A stretch of 64,000 nt of DNA from Octopus vulgaris (Eukaryota), in the NCBI GenBank assembly GCA_951406725.2, contig OX597814.1, forward strand, positions 191,208,001 through 191,272,000, written 5' to 3'. The notes below the pieces were generated by a model that was not told where the DNA came from, did no database searches, and saw only the letters and a list, made by a program, of their open reading frames with translations. This document shows, piece after piece, positions 26,275-38,795 of the stretch. Every line of letters begins with the position of its first letter. Position 1 is the first letter of the stretch. Both the position numbers and the translations under genes were made by a program.

Positions 26275-26608
26275 CTAACTGGCTTCTGTGCCGGTGGCAC
26301 GTAAAAGGCACCATTTGAGCGTGATCATTACCAGCATTGCCTTAGTGGCACTTGTGCCAGTGGAACATGTAAAAACATTCAAGCAAGGTGGTTACCAGTA
26401 CTGCCTGACTGGCCCCCATGCCGAGGCATGCAAAAGCACCCATTACACTCTCGGAGTGGTTGGCGTTAGGAAGGGCATCCAGCTGTAGAAACTCTGCCAG
26501 ATCAAGATTGGAGCCTGGTGCAGCCATCTGGTTCACCAGCCCTCAGTCAAATCGTCCAACCCATGCTAGCATGGAAAGCGGACATTAAACGATGATGATG
26601 ATGATGAT
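26275..26608 (+). mobile_element. RTE-derived 3' UTR fragment
   Basis: Same consensus, ending catggaaagcggacattaaac(GAT)n. Confidence 0.75.
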
Positions 26609-29032
26609 TATAAACAGTATTCAATCACCTTCCCTTAATCCTAACTCTGAGTTGGGTGGCCAAATCTTTATTTTAAATTTTGGTACAACACCAGCAATTT
26701 TGGGGAAGTGGGTAAGTTGATTACATAGACCCAAGTATTCAATTGCTGCTCATTTTATTGACCTCCACAAGGATGAAGTCAACCTCAGCAGGATTTGAAC
26801 TCTGAATGTAAGGATGGACAAAATGCCACTAAGCATTCTGTCTGATGTGCTAACGATTCTGCCAGCTCACTGCCTTCAGGTTGCCAAATATTGGTTTCAA
26901 AGTTTGACATAAGGCCAGAAATTTTGGGGGAGGGGTAAATCAATTACATCAACCCCCAGAGCACAACTGGTACTTATTTCATCGACCCCCGAAAGGATGA
27001 GAGTCAAAGTCGGCTATGGAAGAATTTGAACTCACCCACTACACTCTTGGAGTGATTGGCATTAAGAAGGGCATCCAGCTGTAGAAACATTGCCAGATTG
27101 GATTGGAGCCTGGTGCAGCCTTCTGGCTTGCCAGCATGGAAAGTGGACATTAAACGACGATGATGATGATGAATGTAAAGATAGATGAAATGCTGCTAAG
27201 CATTTTGTCCAGCATGCTAACAGCTCTGCCAGCTTGCCACCTCTGGGTTGCCAAATATTGTTAATAAATCATAGAAAGTCATAGCTGTCATAACACCATC
27301 CAAATCCATCTTACCTGTGGTTCCTGCTAAAATTTCTAATCCAAAAATAGACAGCGAAACGGATGCTGCTTTCTCTGGATACTATTCCCACAAAAATAAC
27401 CACTGCTTGAAATATTTATATCAAATCCACTCACAAGGCTTTGGTTGGCCCAGGGCTACAGTAGAAGGCACCTGCCAAAGGTGCTGCATAGTGGGACTGA
27501 ACTTGAGACCACATGGTTGGGAAGCAATCTTCTTAACCATACAGCCACGCCTGCTGGTACCATCTATTTCATGTTCACATTTCTATGTTTAACAACAATG
27601 TAGTAGAGATATTTTGCAACTACTGGAAAACCATTTTCATATTTGGTAAGATTCTAAAATTGTGTCAAACCTATTAGTACTTGGTATCATCATCTTCATC
27701 ATCATCATCATTTAATGTCTGTTTTCCATGCTGGCATGGGTTGGATGGTTTAAATGGATCTGGTGAGCAACAGGACTGCATTGAGTTCCAGTGTAAGGTT
27801 TGGCATTGGTTTCTACAGATAGATGTCCTTCCTAACACCAACTACTTTACATTATGAACTGGGTGCTTTTTTGTGTGGCACCAGCACTAGTGAGGTTGCT
27901 CAGTAACTTGCAAGACAAGAAAAGAATAGGAAGAAGTCCCCTCAACTCAGTGAGGAGGAGAGCATTTAAGAGATGGGGAAGTGGCTTTATGCTAGGTGTT
28001 GAAAGGCCAAATTATGATAGAGAGACAAGTGCAGGGGTCTTGCTATAGAGGAGAAATATGGATACCCAACATTATATAAGGGTGGGTGGGTGGGAGTAGC
28101 TGGACAAAAACATTATAGTAATAGGAAGGTTGAGCAAACTCTCTAGATACATGAAGGTGAACATAAAAGAGTGCATAGGAGGGGGTGGATAGTTTCATAA
28201 GAGATGACTTATTTGGTGAGCTTACAATAAGATAGATCCTTCTTGAGTCATCTGGACTCATAGGGCCAGTTATCTGGTTTCTGTGATGCATATACTCCCT
28301 CCTAGATAAGACATTAGTTCATCACAGGATTACTTATTGTTACCAGCCGAGTGGACTGAAACAATAAAAAATGAAGTGTTTTGCTCAAGTAAACACACCA
28401 TATTGTTTGGTCCAGGAATCAAAACCATGTGTCCAACACCCTAACCACTAAGCCATGCACATTTACTTTGAGTGTACAATAGCAAGGTCTGAATTATTTC
28501 AAGCGTTCTAGTATCTATAATGTACTAAGATTAATGGCTAAGAAGTGAAAAATGCAATTATATTTGGAATACTGTGTTTTTGAATCATCATCAAAACTTG
28601 ATTGGTTACATCTAACTTCATTAGTTTGTCTGTTCGAAGTTGATTAAGACGATACAACACCAATGCTGCTAATTTCTTATAAGTCTATTTTAAGTAAGAT
28701 TCTTCACATACTATTTTCAATTCAGCCACATTCTTTGTACTGATTCAATGAAAAACAAAATCCTTCCAAAACATAAAATGGTACTGCTTCCAATACTTGC
28801 AAAATATGTACAAAAAAAGAACAAAAAAAAACAAAACAAAACTTTCCTAAAATATCTTTTTATAATTAAATAACTTTAATGAATGGTAAGTATAATTTTC
28901 CTTCAAAGAATTAGTATTAATTGTCTAGCTCTGAAGAGATATGTAAAGAGTTGTAAAGCTGTACTGGCTGTAGCCATAAATTTCACACCTGCAAAATTGG
29001 TCAATATATATCTAGTCACATAAAAATCTTAC

Positions 29033-29116
29033 CTTGATCAGTTGGGTGTATACCACGAGAGACAATGGCACGCATCATTGGAAAAGGAAGTAATTGGAAT
29101 GCAAGGAGTAGAATAG
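29033..29116 (-). CDS. SLC46A1: SLC46-family MFS transporter (proton-coupled folate transporter-like), internal 84-nt coding exon
   Basis: Acceptor ttttatttgacag, donor gtaag, phase 1-1. Encodes xILLLAFQLLPFPMMRAIVSRGIHPTDQ(G), matching the SLC46 TM10/loop motif (human PCFT PVIRAKLSKLVRETEQG). Paralog assignment (A1 vs A3) is uncertain. Confidence 0.9.
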
Positions 29117-29976
29117 CTGTCAAATAAAAAAGAAAATAATGTCAGATATTAAAAAAAAAAAACAAAAAAAAAACCCCAAACATTTCAACATGATTTTCAG
29201 AAATAAAAAAAGAAAAAATTTAAATATTCTGTATTGACATTATACCACATTGGAGAAGAGGTAAATATTTTACATATTTTTAAATTGCTTTAAATTATTG
29301 GCAACAATAATAATGGTCTTGGTTGATTATATTGACTCCAGTACTTAGGTCTGGTATTTATTTTATTGAATGGTTAAATCCATCCTGATGTAAAGGAATG
29401 TAGTATATACTACAAAGTTCCTCAAGACATCAATTAATTGGCAATCCTTTGCAGATGTACAGAATTACATATCACACACACACACACACTCTTCATCATT
29501 ATTGCTTTCATATCTCTTTTCCATGCTTACATGGGTCAGATAGAATTTGTTGAGTCAGATCCTGTGGTTGGATGCCCAGCCTGTTGCTAACCCTCATCTG
29601 TTCCAAGTAAAGTCATTCCACCCCCATGGCTTGACATGTTTTTACAGAAGACTGGAAATGTGGAACACCACATGTGTGATGGTAACACTCATTTACAACA
29701 ATCATGTGATATCAGACAAGGAAATACTAACACACACACACAGACAAAGGGCTTCTTTCAGTTTCCACCTACCAAATCCACTCACAAGGCTTTAGTTGAC
29801 CTGAGGCTGCCACACTATGGAATTGAACCTGGAGCCAAGTGGTTTGCCAGCAAGCTTCTTAACCACACAGCTTGTAAATATGCAATCAAATGTTTTTCTT
29901 TCTTACTTTAATGCACTGAACATGATAATGAAAGAAAGTAAAGCTATAGGAAACAATATTTTTTTAAAATTACAGA

Positions 29977-30389
29977 TAGGTGTAGGAGTGGCTGTGTGGT
30001 AAGTAGCTTGATTACCAACCACATGGTTCCGGGTTCAGTCCCACTGCGTGGCACCTTGGACAAGTGTCTTCTACTATAGCCTCGGGCTGACCAAAGCCTT
30101 GTGAGTGGATTTGGTAGACGGAAACTGAAAGAAGTTTGTTGTATATATATATGTGTGTATGTGTGTGTGTGTGTATGTGTTTGTGTATCTGTGTTTGTCC
30201 CCCGAACATCGCTTGACAACCAATGCCGGTGTGTTTATGTCCCCGTCACTTAGCGGTTTGGCAAAAGAGACCGATAGAATAAGTACTAGGCTTACAAAGA
30301 ATAAGTCCTGGGGTCGATTTGCTCGACTATAGGTGGTGCTCCAGCATGGCCACAGTCAAATGACTGAAACAAATTAAAGAGTAAAAGAG
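29977..30389 (+). mobile_element. tRNA-head SINE, family A
   Basis: Full-length match. Confidence 0.8.
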
Positions 30390-30689
30390 CATATGTACAC
30401 ATTGTGCATTGATTCCGCATTAAGCAATCTTGAAAGAAATTCTTTTTGTTCTATTTTTTCTCACTTCTATAGTACACAAACTAAAAAGTTGTCCAGTTTT
30501 TCAAAACACTCCTAAAACCTATCTTTTCTTCTCTTGTTTCATTCCTAAGCTTTGCTGAATCTTTATTACTTTGCTAATGCATCTGCTCTTTCTTGAAAAG
30601 AGTCAGTGATGTTGTTAACTCCTTACTTTTCTTCTTATTTCTTTTTTTTTTTCATATTTGCCAGGTCTGGAGGAAGAGTCGGTGCCCAT

Positions 30690-31340
30690 GGCTTTTACAA
30701 GCCCTCCAATATCAGTGAGGTTGATACCATTTATGTTTTTCTTGAACCTTTGTAAATCAATATCTGCAGGAAAAATTTGAGCAGTGATGGAATTCCAGAG
30801 GGTGGACATTCTGGGGAAGAAGGACTGGCCATAGAAATTAACACAGGGCTAGGAGACTTGGATGCAATAAGGGTGCAAGGAGGAGGACAGATGAGCAGAG
30901 AAGAAAGAAATGCTGGAGTAGAGATAGCATGAACCTGGCCAGTTCCAAGGAGAAGAAACCATTATAGGAACAGTAGAAATGATGGAGTGAGGAGAGGAGG
31001 CAGCTTATTTGTGAGTCAGAAGTTGGAGTATGTCTGTGAGTGACTTTATGCCAGTCAGTTGAGTGGCCCTGTTTTGGATGTCTATATGTGCCCTTTCTGG
31101 ATGTCCATATGTGCAAAAGTGGCACTGACTCAGACATGAGTAATATTTTATTGTGGACCTCAATTGAGGTTTGTACAGTATTAACAGATGTTGGGGGCTC
31201 AGGTACCTTCTTGGTCCTGAAGAAAAGGGCCAATCATTAGAAGGCAACCATGCTATTTAAGGACATGCATTCACCAGCAGAGATCCATAGTAAGACACAA
31301 CAACTGGAGCGATTTTGAGGGCTCTAGCTGAATGATACTC
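30690..31340 (-). mobile_element. CR1/Zenon-like LINE ORF2 C-terminal remnant
   Basis: Frameshifted pieces RRYLSPQHLLILYKPQLRSTIKY.. / IQNRATQLTG..LTDILQLLTH / YNGFFSLELA / WNSITAQIFP...FKKNIN. Confidence 0.7.
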
Positions 31341-32403
31341 ATGATTAAGGTGAGGAGGGAAGTAAGGAAGTTTTCATATGAGTAGCGTTAGTGTTTTCTT
31401 GTTGAAAGAGGTAAGATGAGCTTGTCCTCAGTGGAGAGTGCTTTCAAGATTTGTGTTCATGGAGCCAATGTATGTTTAATATGGGGTGTTTAAGTTGCAA
31501 GTACATGAATCATAGACACAGAATGTTAGGGAAGAGTAATGAGTAGTGACATCCGCATAAAAGTGAATATAATAAGATGTGGTGGCAAGTGTTATTGTCA
31601 GCACATCTTAACTTATTTTTTATTTTATCCTATCATATTATATTATTTTTAGAAATGTTTTTGCAGGGTTTCTATGGTTTTAATACTGGAGATTATGAAT
31701 CTGGAAAAAAGAAAAAAAAAAGAAAATGTTTTGATTCTACAAAATTTTTTCCCCAATTTCAATTTCCCAATAATTGTGTATGAGAGAGATTTATAGTACA
31801 ATTCCATCAGATCACTTAGCTTGTAATTATTAAATCCACTTGCATAAAAAAAAAAAAAAATTTAATGGTATCATTATTGATTCTATTGGTGTGTGTATGG
31901 GAGGTTTATGGTTCAATTTCATCTGAGCACTTGTCTTTCTGTCGTAATTATTAAAACCATTATCCTTGAAAAAAAAAAAAAAAAATTTAATGGTAGTGTT
32001 ATTAATGTCTAACAGTTTTTCTGAATGCAGAAGCAAAAGTTTTCAAGAACTGCTGAATGTTTTCTCAAGTTGAGATGTCACAGAAGGTCTGTATTGCTTT
32101 TAGAATCAGGAGTCCCTAATTTCAAGGAAACTGTTATAATTTTCAATGCAAAGATCAAGTAGAAAATCATATCATGTGCCAGAAATAAGTCTCTTTACTC
32201 TTTTATTTGCTTCAGTCATTTGACTGCAGCCATGTTGGAGCAAATCGACCCCAGGACTTATTCTTTGTAAGCCTAGTACTTATTCTATTGGTCCCTTTTG
32301 CCGCACCACTAAATTACGGGGATGTAAACACACCAGCATCGGTTGTCAAGCGATATTGGGGGGACAAACACACATACACATACATATACATATATATATA
32401 TAT

Positions 32404-32876
32404 ATATTGTTGTATTTAGGAATGGTCATTTTACCAGTTTAGCCAATAAAAACACACGCACTATATATTTAGTGTTACTTTGCTTCAGTGTTATTTATTT
32501 TTTACATTAATCTTAATCTTATTTCGGCCAGAGTTCTTTCGTCACACTCCTGTGACCGCATCAGTGGTCCTTTGTTTTCTTCTTACTTATTTGTGTCTCT
32601 CCTTACTAAGCGGTTAGTAAGGAGAGACACAAATAAGTAAGAAGAAAACAAAGGACCACTGATGCGGTCACAGGAGTGTGACGAAAGAACTCTGGCCGAA
32701 ATAAGATTAAGATTAATGTAAAAAATAAATAACACTGAAGCAAAGTAACACCAAATATATAGTGTGTGTGTTTTTATTGGCTAAACTGGCAAAATGACCA
32801 TTCCTAAATACAACAATATCTGTTTCAACACACGACTTCACATAAAAAATCTTGAACAACAAATATTTAAAAGTAC
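32404..32876. mobile_element. Fold-back Penelope-like non-autonomous element: 206-bp inverted arms with HHR-like motif plus unique tail, inserted in the (TA)n of a SINE
   Basis: Arms 32404-32609 and 32614-32819 with 3 mismatches, loop gcgg. A ~57-nt unique tail follows, and (TA)n flanks both sides. Confidence 0.75.
32653..32697 (+). ncRNA. Variant hammerhead-like motif (mirror copy on minus at 32526-32570)
   Basis: ggacca-CTGATGCG-gtcaca ggag tgtgac-GAAA-gaac-TC-tggcc: 6-bp stem II, short stem III, 3-4-bp stem I, non-canonical position 9. Confidence 0.55.
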
Positions 32877-34534
32877 TATATATATATACATATATATACA
32901 TATATACAACGGGCTTCTTTCAGTTTCCGTCTACCAAATCCAAGGCTTTGGTCGGCCCGAGGCTATAGGAGAAGACACTTGCCCAAGGTGCCATGTAGTA
33001 GGACTGAACCTGGAACCATGTGGTTCATAAGCAAGCTACTTACCACACAGCCACTCCTACGGCTATGTCAGTTACCATTTTAAAAGATACTCAAGAACAA
33101 GGTTTCTTTTCAATTTTTTTTCCCAGCATCTATTAATTTTACTGAACAAGGAAGAAATTTTGTTGCATAGATGTATTATCATCAACACTCAACAATAAAT
33201 ATTTACAATGACATTCAAAAGTTCGACGAATTCAGCAGATATTGAGAATTTAGACAAAATAAAATACCTTACAGTTCAACTTCATAATTTGAAATGTATT
33301 AGAATAATTCGAAACAAAAAAAAATATTTTAGAAAATTTTTACAGTTCATTACAATAGCTAGTGTGTGAAAGATGTTAGCCATTACATAGCTAACAAATC
33401 CACACTTTCTGGCTGAAGAGCACTTAAATACAAACACACAACTATTACTAAAAGTCAACAGGTTGCAGATTTCTGTGTTATTGTAGAGCACAAGAGAGAA
33501 TACTAGTAATTTGTTTAGAGAAAGTAGTAGTCTCTTTCTATGTGTGATTCTTGTGGCTTTTATAATCTTTTCTTAAACCCTTTGCTCCCAATGGAACATA
33601 GGCTGTCAATGATTTTTCTCTATTGCTCTGGACTCTGAGCTGTCTTGTTTTTTTTTTCTCTAGGTCTTCTTGGTTTTGAATTGTCATTGATGTTTCTGTA
33701 ATTTTAATTTTTTTTTCTAGGCAGAGGTGATGACCCTGTGAAAATCCATTTTTACCACTGGGGCGAGGTGACCCATATTAATCTGGCCTATATCTAGTAT
33801 GAAAGGCCCTACCAGGAGACTGCTCAGCTGGCATAGCTTTCAAGATTATTGAGGCACACAAGCTACCACAGATTAACAAGGATTGGATCTTGTGATGGTT
33901 TTAAAATCTCACCATCCTCAAAATTGGTTCCTAGAATTTGATATTTTTAACATGTTTAATTGGGTAAATAAAAACATCAATTTAAACCAAATGAAAATCA
34001 TGCAGTGGTTTGTGAAATGTGTGGACAGAACAGGGCAGCCAGGGAGCCATTTTATATACGTGTTTGTTGCTGTTGAAAGTATGTTCGTCCTTAATTGATC
34101 ATTATCATTTAGCATCCATATTTGATGCTTGTATGGTTCTGAAAGAGCAGAGGATTGTGTCAAGCTCCAATGTCTGTTTTGACATGGTTTCTACAGTTCG
34201 ATGCCCTTCTTAATGCCAACCACTTTTACAGAATGTACTGGGTACTTTTTTTATGTTATTGATACTAATGAGGTCACCAAGAAGATTGCAAAACACAATC
34301 CTTTGATTGAGGTGGGTGTAATAATCAGGGAGGTAACTCATGCCAGATGCTGAAGAACAAAAAAAAAGGGCGTGTTGCTGTAGAGGAGATAGCTACCCCA
34401 GGTGGAAATGGAAAGAAAATGGTGGTGATGAGGGTTATGATATACTCTCAAGGTACAAAAGGTTGAATGTGAAAGGAATGGGGACAGAGGAACTGTTGAG
34501 GGAGACAGGTGCAGAGGATCAGGTAAGATGAGTA

Positions 34535-34768
34535 GGGCGGTGAGCTGGCAAAATCGTTAGCATGACATGCGAAATGCTTTGCAGTATTTCGTCTGCCACT
34601 ACGTTCTGAGTTCAAATTCCGCCGAGATCGACTTTGCTTTTCATCCTTTCGGAGTCGATTAAATAAGTACCAGTTATGCAATGGGGGCGATATAATCAAC
34701 TTAATCCGTTTGTCTGTCCTTGTTTGTCCCCTCTGTGTTTAGCCCCTAGTGGGTAGTAAAGAAATAAG
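34535..34768 (+). mobile_element. SINE family B
   Basis: Full-length monomer. Others lie at 45236-45460 (-), 26680-27240 (-), 13510-13718 (-) and 59455-59630 (-). Confidence 0.75.
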
Positions 34769-35565
34769 AGTGACCAGTTTGGCTACAATACAGGGCAGCC
34801 AAACCCATACCATGCTACTAACATCATGTTCATTATCAAATGTCTATGTTTTACTGCTTTCAACTACTCCAGTTTCTAAGATGTATTTACAAAAAGGGCA
34901 TAAAATTTGTCACCATTTAAATCCCAAGTTCTGTGTCTGTCTTTTTGTTGCTAGGCAATATGACTGGAAGTGTCTAGGTGTTGACAGCAATGACTCTCTT
35001 ATTAATAAAATGATGACAGCCAATACTGTTACAAAATAATTGAAAATTTGTAAATAATATTTTGAATACGCAAATGAAGTCTTAGGTAAACAGAATATCA
35101 ATAAGAAATTAATTATTCATTATTGTTGTTTAACAAAGATAATAACAGTCTTGTGGTGAAAGGTATTCTAATAATGACTATTATGAATTCATAGCATATC
35201 ATATATATATTTATATATAACTACAATCTCCTTTGTGTATGTGTCTGTGAAGGTGTGCATGTGTGTGTGTGTGTGTGGGTGTGTGTGTGTGTATATGTAT
35301 GTGCATGCATGTTTGTAAGTATGTATGTGTGAAAAATAGTGTACAGTAAGATCCATGATGGTAGAATCTGAGAAGTATAGTGTTCCAATAGCAATTCAGG
35401 TGGTGAAGTGGTTCAGAAGAAGTGGCAAAGGTCCAAGAATAAGGTAGGAAAGAAGATGAGGGTCCGAGAAAGGAGGAAATTCAGTCAGGCAGGATTAAAC
35501 ATAAACATATACATACATATGTATGTATGTGTGTATTACAAATTTTTACAAAGAAAAGGTTGACA

Positions 35566-35730
35566 GTGGAGTGGCTGTGTGGTAAGTAGCTTGTTTACAA
35601 ACCACATGGTTCTGGGTTCAGTCCCACTGTGTGGCATCTTGAGCAAGGGTCTTCTACTATAGCCTTGGGCCAACCAAAGCCTTGTGAGTGGTTTTGGTAG
35701 ATGGAAACTGAAAGAAGCCCATTGTATATA

Positions 35731-35784
<54 letters not shown>

Positions 35785-36016
35785 TATATGTATGCATGTG
35801 TATATGTTTGTGTGTCTGTGTTTGTCCCTCAAACATCGCTTGACAACAGATGCTGGTGTGTTTTAGTCCCTGTAACTTAGCGGTTCGGCAAAAGAGACCG
35901 ATAGAATAAGTACTAGGCTTCCAAAGAATAAGTCCTGGGGTCGATTTGTTTGACTAAAGGCGGTGCTGCAGCATGGCCACAGTCAAAATGACTGAAACAA
36001 GTAAAAGAGTAAAAGA
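35566..36016 (+). mobile_element. tRNA-head SINE, family A
   Basis: Full-length match. Confidence 0.8.
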
Positions 36017-37623
36017 CCACCATTTTTAACGATTAATGTTTAATTAGGTTTCAGGTTTATTGCTAAAATTAAATACAAAATAATAACAGCCGCAGAAGCA
36101 ACATTTAGATTTATCACATTTTTGCTAACATTTAAACTGTTCGTAGTTTAACAGCTTTTTTATCATGAATTGGCTCAACACCTCATTGCATTCGCTCTTT
36201 GATACTTCCACTGTTGCCTTTCTCTTATGACCTTGCTGGCAGCACTCCAGCTATAATCAATACACTTTACTGTGTGCATTTTCAGCATCTTACCATAGCT
36301 ATTATTATATCCTTCTGCTGCCCACTCTTTTCCAAGATTTCAAGCAAACACTGCACAAAGTAATTCTTCCTGCATTTTATAACTGCTGCACTAACCATGA
36401 AATTTTGACTTTTACTACTAGTCTCATCTTAGAAATAAAATTAGGAAAAAAAAAAAAAAGAAAAAGTATTGTCTATTCCATTTCCATTTGTATATCTTAG
36501 ACTTCCAGAAAAGTTCCTTCAAGCTATACTTCTATGCCTTCCTTCTGGAAAAATTATACTGGACAAAGAAAATAAGACATGATCAGGCTGCAACTGTCAA
36601 GTTGATTAAATAGAAAAAAAATATGATTTTACACACATATACACACAATGCATGCATGCACATATAATTTTGCATACATGCATGGATTTTTATGGATATG
36701 TACACATTTGTGCATGTGTGTGCATGCATGCATATAGTGATGTTACTAAGAAAAAATAACTTAGTGAATATATAATATATGCATTAATGTAATTAGTATT
36801 GTTAAAAAGAACTGACAGCGATTTCTTTTATTGTTATAGTTATAAATTTTGAATATTCTTTAATTTTTCCCTCAACATTTTTTCTTTATATTTTAGTCAG
36901 GAGGGAAGGCAACACTTATGTCTATCACAGAGTTTCTGAGACTGGTGGCAGGTATGGAATAAAGTATCTTCAAACTGAAGACCTGGCTTGAATGCTTGCA
37001 ACAAATGGAAGCTGCTAAAGGTACCCAGGGTACCAAGTAAAGATGTTAAACTGAGCAATGGAATAAGTTTGCCATCCTCCGAACTCCTTAATCTGTGTTT
37101 TTTCCATATATATTATTCTTTTATTTGTTTCAGTCATCTGACTGCGGCCATGCTGGAGCACCGCCTTTAGTCGAACAAGTTGACCCCAGAACTTATTCTT
37201 TGAAAGTCTAGTACTTATTCTGTCAGTCTCTTTTGCCGAACCGCTAAGTTATGGGGACGTAAGCACACCAACATCAGTTGTCAAGCGATGGTGGGTGGAC
37301 AAACAGGCACACGAACACACACACATATAGATATACAATGGGCTTCTTTCAGTTTCCATCTAACAAATCCACCCACAAGGCTTTGGTTGAAAGCGCACAG
37401 CTGGTGTAGTGAATGGGGGAAGCTTGGTCTGCAATGTGCAGTCATGTATGCTTGTCAAGAGCAGGGCTCATTAGTCACCAACAGAGCTACAAATACAAAA
37501 TACAAGTTAGTCCTAGAGCACATAATATTCCTAAAGGTCAGCAATGGTCTTCCTCAGTCATGAGTGGGCACCCATCATATATACATACAGACATACATAT
37601 ATAATCTGCAAGATTTTTTTTAT

Positions 37624-38145
37624 TCTCTCTGTTTATTTTCTCTTATTCCTTACTGTTGAAGAGCATAGGCTCAAAATGTAAAGGACTTTTTCACTTTCCT
37701 TGGTGTCAAACTAATACACCTTCTTGTTGTTCATACACCTGTCTTCATCGTGTTTTTCTATAAATATCCATTATATAGTATATGCTCACATGGTCACCCC
37801 AGTTTTATCCTGCTTTAACCTCCTACTCTTTGGACTTACATAACTACTTCCTGAACTTTCTGCACCTCTCCTCTTTTACATACCAGCACTCCATCTCGAT
37901 TACCACTGGATATACTGACTCTACTTTCACAGATTTCACTGGACTCTTTCATTGGTGTAAAATCACTCCAATCTACCATGACTTCTGAACGTTTTGAACT
38001 CTTCAAACTTTTCGAACTAATTTTTCATACTCCATACATTATTAAATCCACAAATATTTTCAGTCAATCTCTGTTTATTTTCTCTTATTCCTTTCTGTTG
38101 AAGAGAGTAGGCTCAAAACCTAAAAGACTTTTTCACTTTCCTGAG
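37624..38145 (+). mobile_element. Two decayed direct repeats each with an HHR-like motif (same family as 25617), period 442 bp
   Basis: tctctgtttattttctcttattcct-ctgttgaa-gag..gctc-aaaa..gactttttcactttcct at ~37626 and ~38068, with cores at 37653 and 38095. Confidence 0.55.
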
Positions 38146-38644
38146 AGAATTAAATTAAATTATTTATTATGGTCTTTTAGATACCAAATTTGGATTGGTT
38201 GATTCTCTCAATTTCAATCCCTTATGATAAAGGCAAAGAATTCTGTCTTCTCTGTAATTCTGAACTATTTTTTATTCTTTTTTCTAAAAATTCCCTTGTA
38301 AACACAGTTATAGAGCATGCATACTGATGTAAACATTGGCAGAAACACACCTTTAGTTCATATAAGTGATATTTATCATTATATATAATTTAAACATAAA
38401 TTTTCTTCTTACATTTCACATTCACTAGATATATCTTTTTCCAAAACTTCAGGGTATATTTTAATTTACATATCGTTATATACTTCTCATTTATTTGTTT
38501 TTTTTCTTTCCTTTACCCCTCCTTTTTCTATAGGCTACCTTTGACATTATATCCTCCAACTTTTTAAAAAAACACTTAATAGCATTCAGTTCATCACTTT
38601 TCATTTCCATCATATTCTGTTAAAATGTCTTATTGACGAGTTTT

Positions 38645-38749
38645 ATTTCTTCATTTCCCTGAAGAGAAGATTACATTGTTTTACACCATTTTATTCCTTT
38701 AGAATAATACCAATGGTATCTTCGAAACATGTGTCGGAAGTAAAAGAAT
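38645..38749 (+). ncRNA. Type I hammerhead ribozyme with canonical core (Penelope-like element associated)
   Basis: Stem I atttcc/ggaagt (extendable), CTGAAGA at 38659-38665, stem II gaagat..cattg/caatg..atcttc, GAAAC at 38724-38728, short stem III ACA-tg-TGT, GTC triplet at 38733-38735. Confidence 0.8.
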
Positions 38750-38795
38750 TTGAATAACACCTGTGTTTAACTCCTTTTAACGGCCATTTAAAGGG

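Larger units (their letters stand above)
32190..33062 (-). mobile_element. Family A SINE split by the palindromic element
   Basis: The SINE halves rejoin across the (TA)n at ~32403/32877. Confidence 0.8.
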
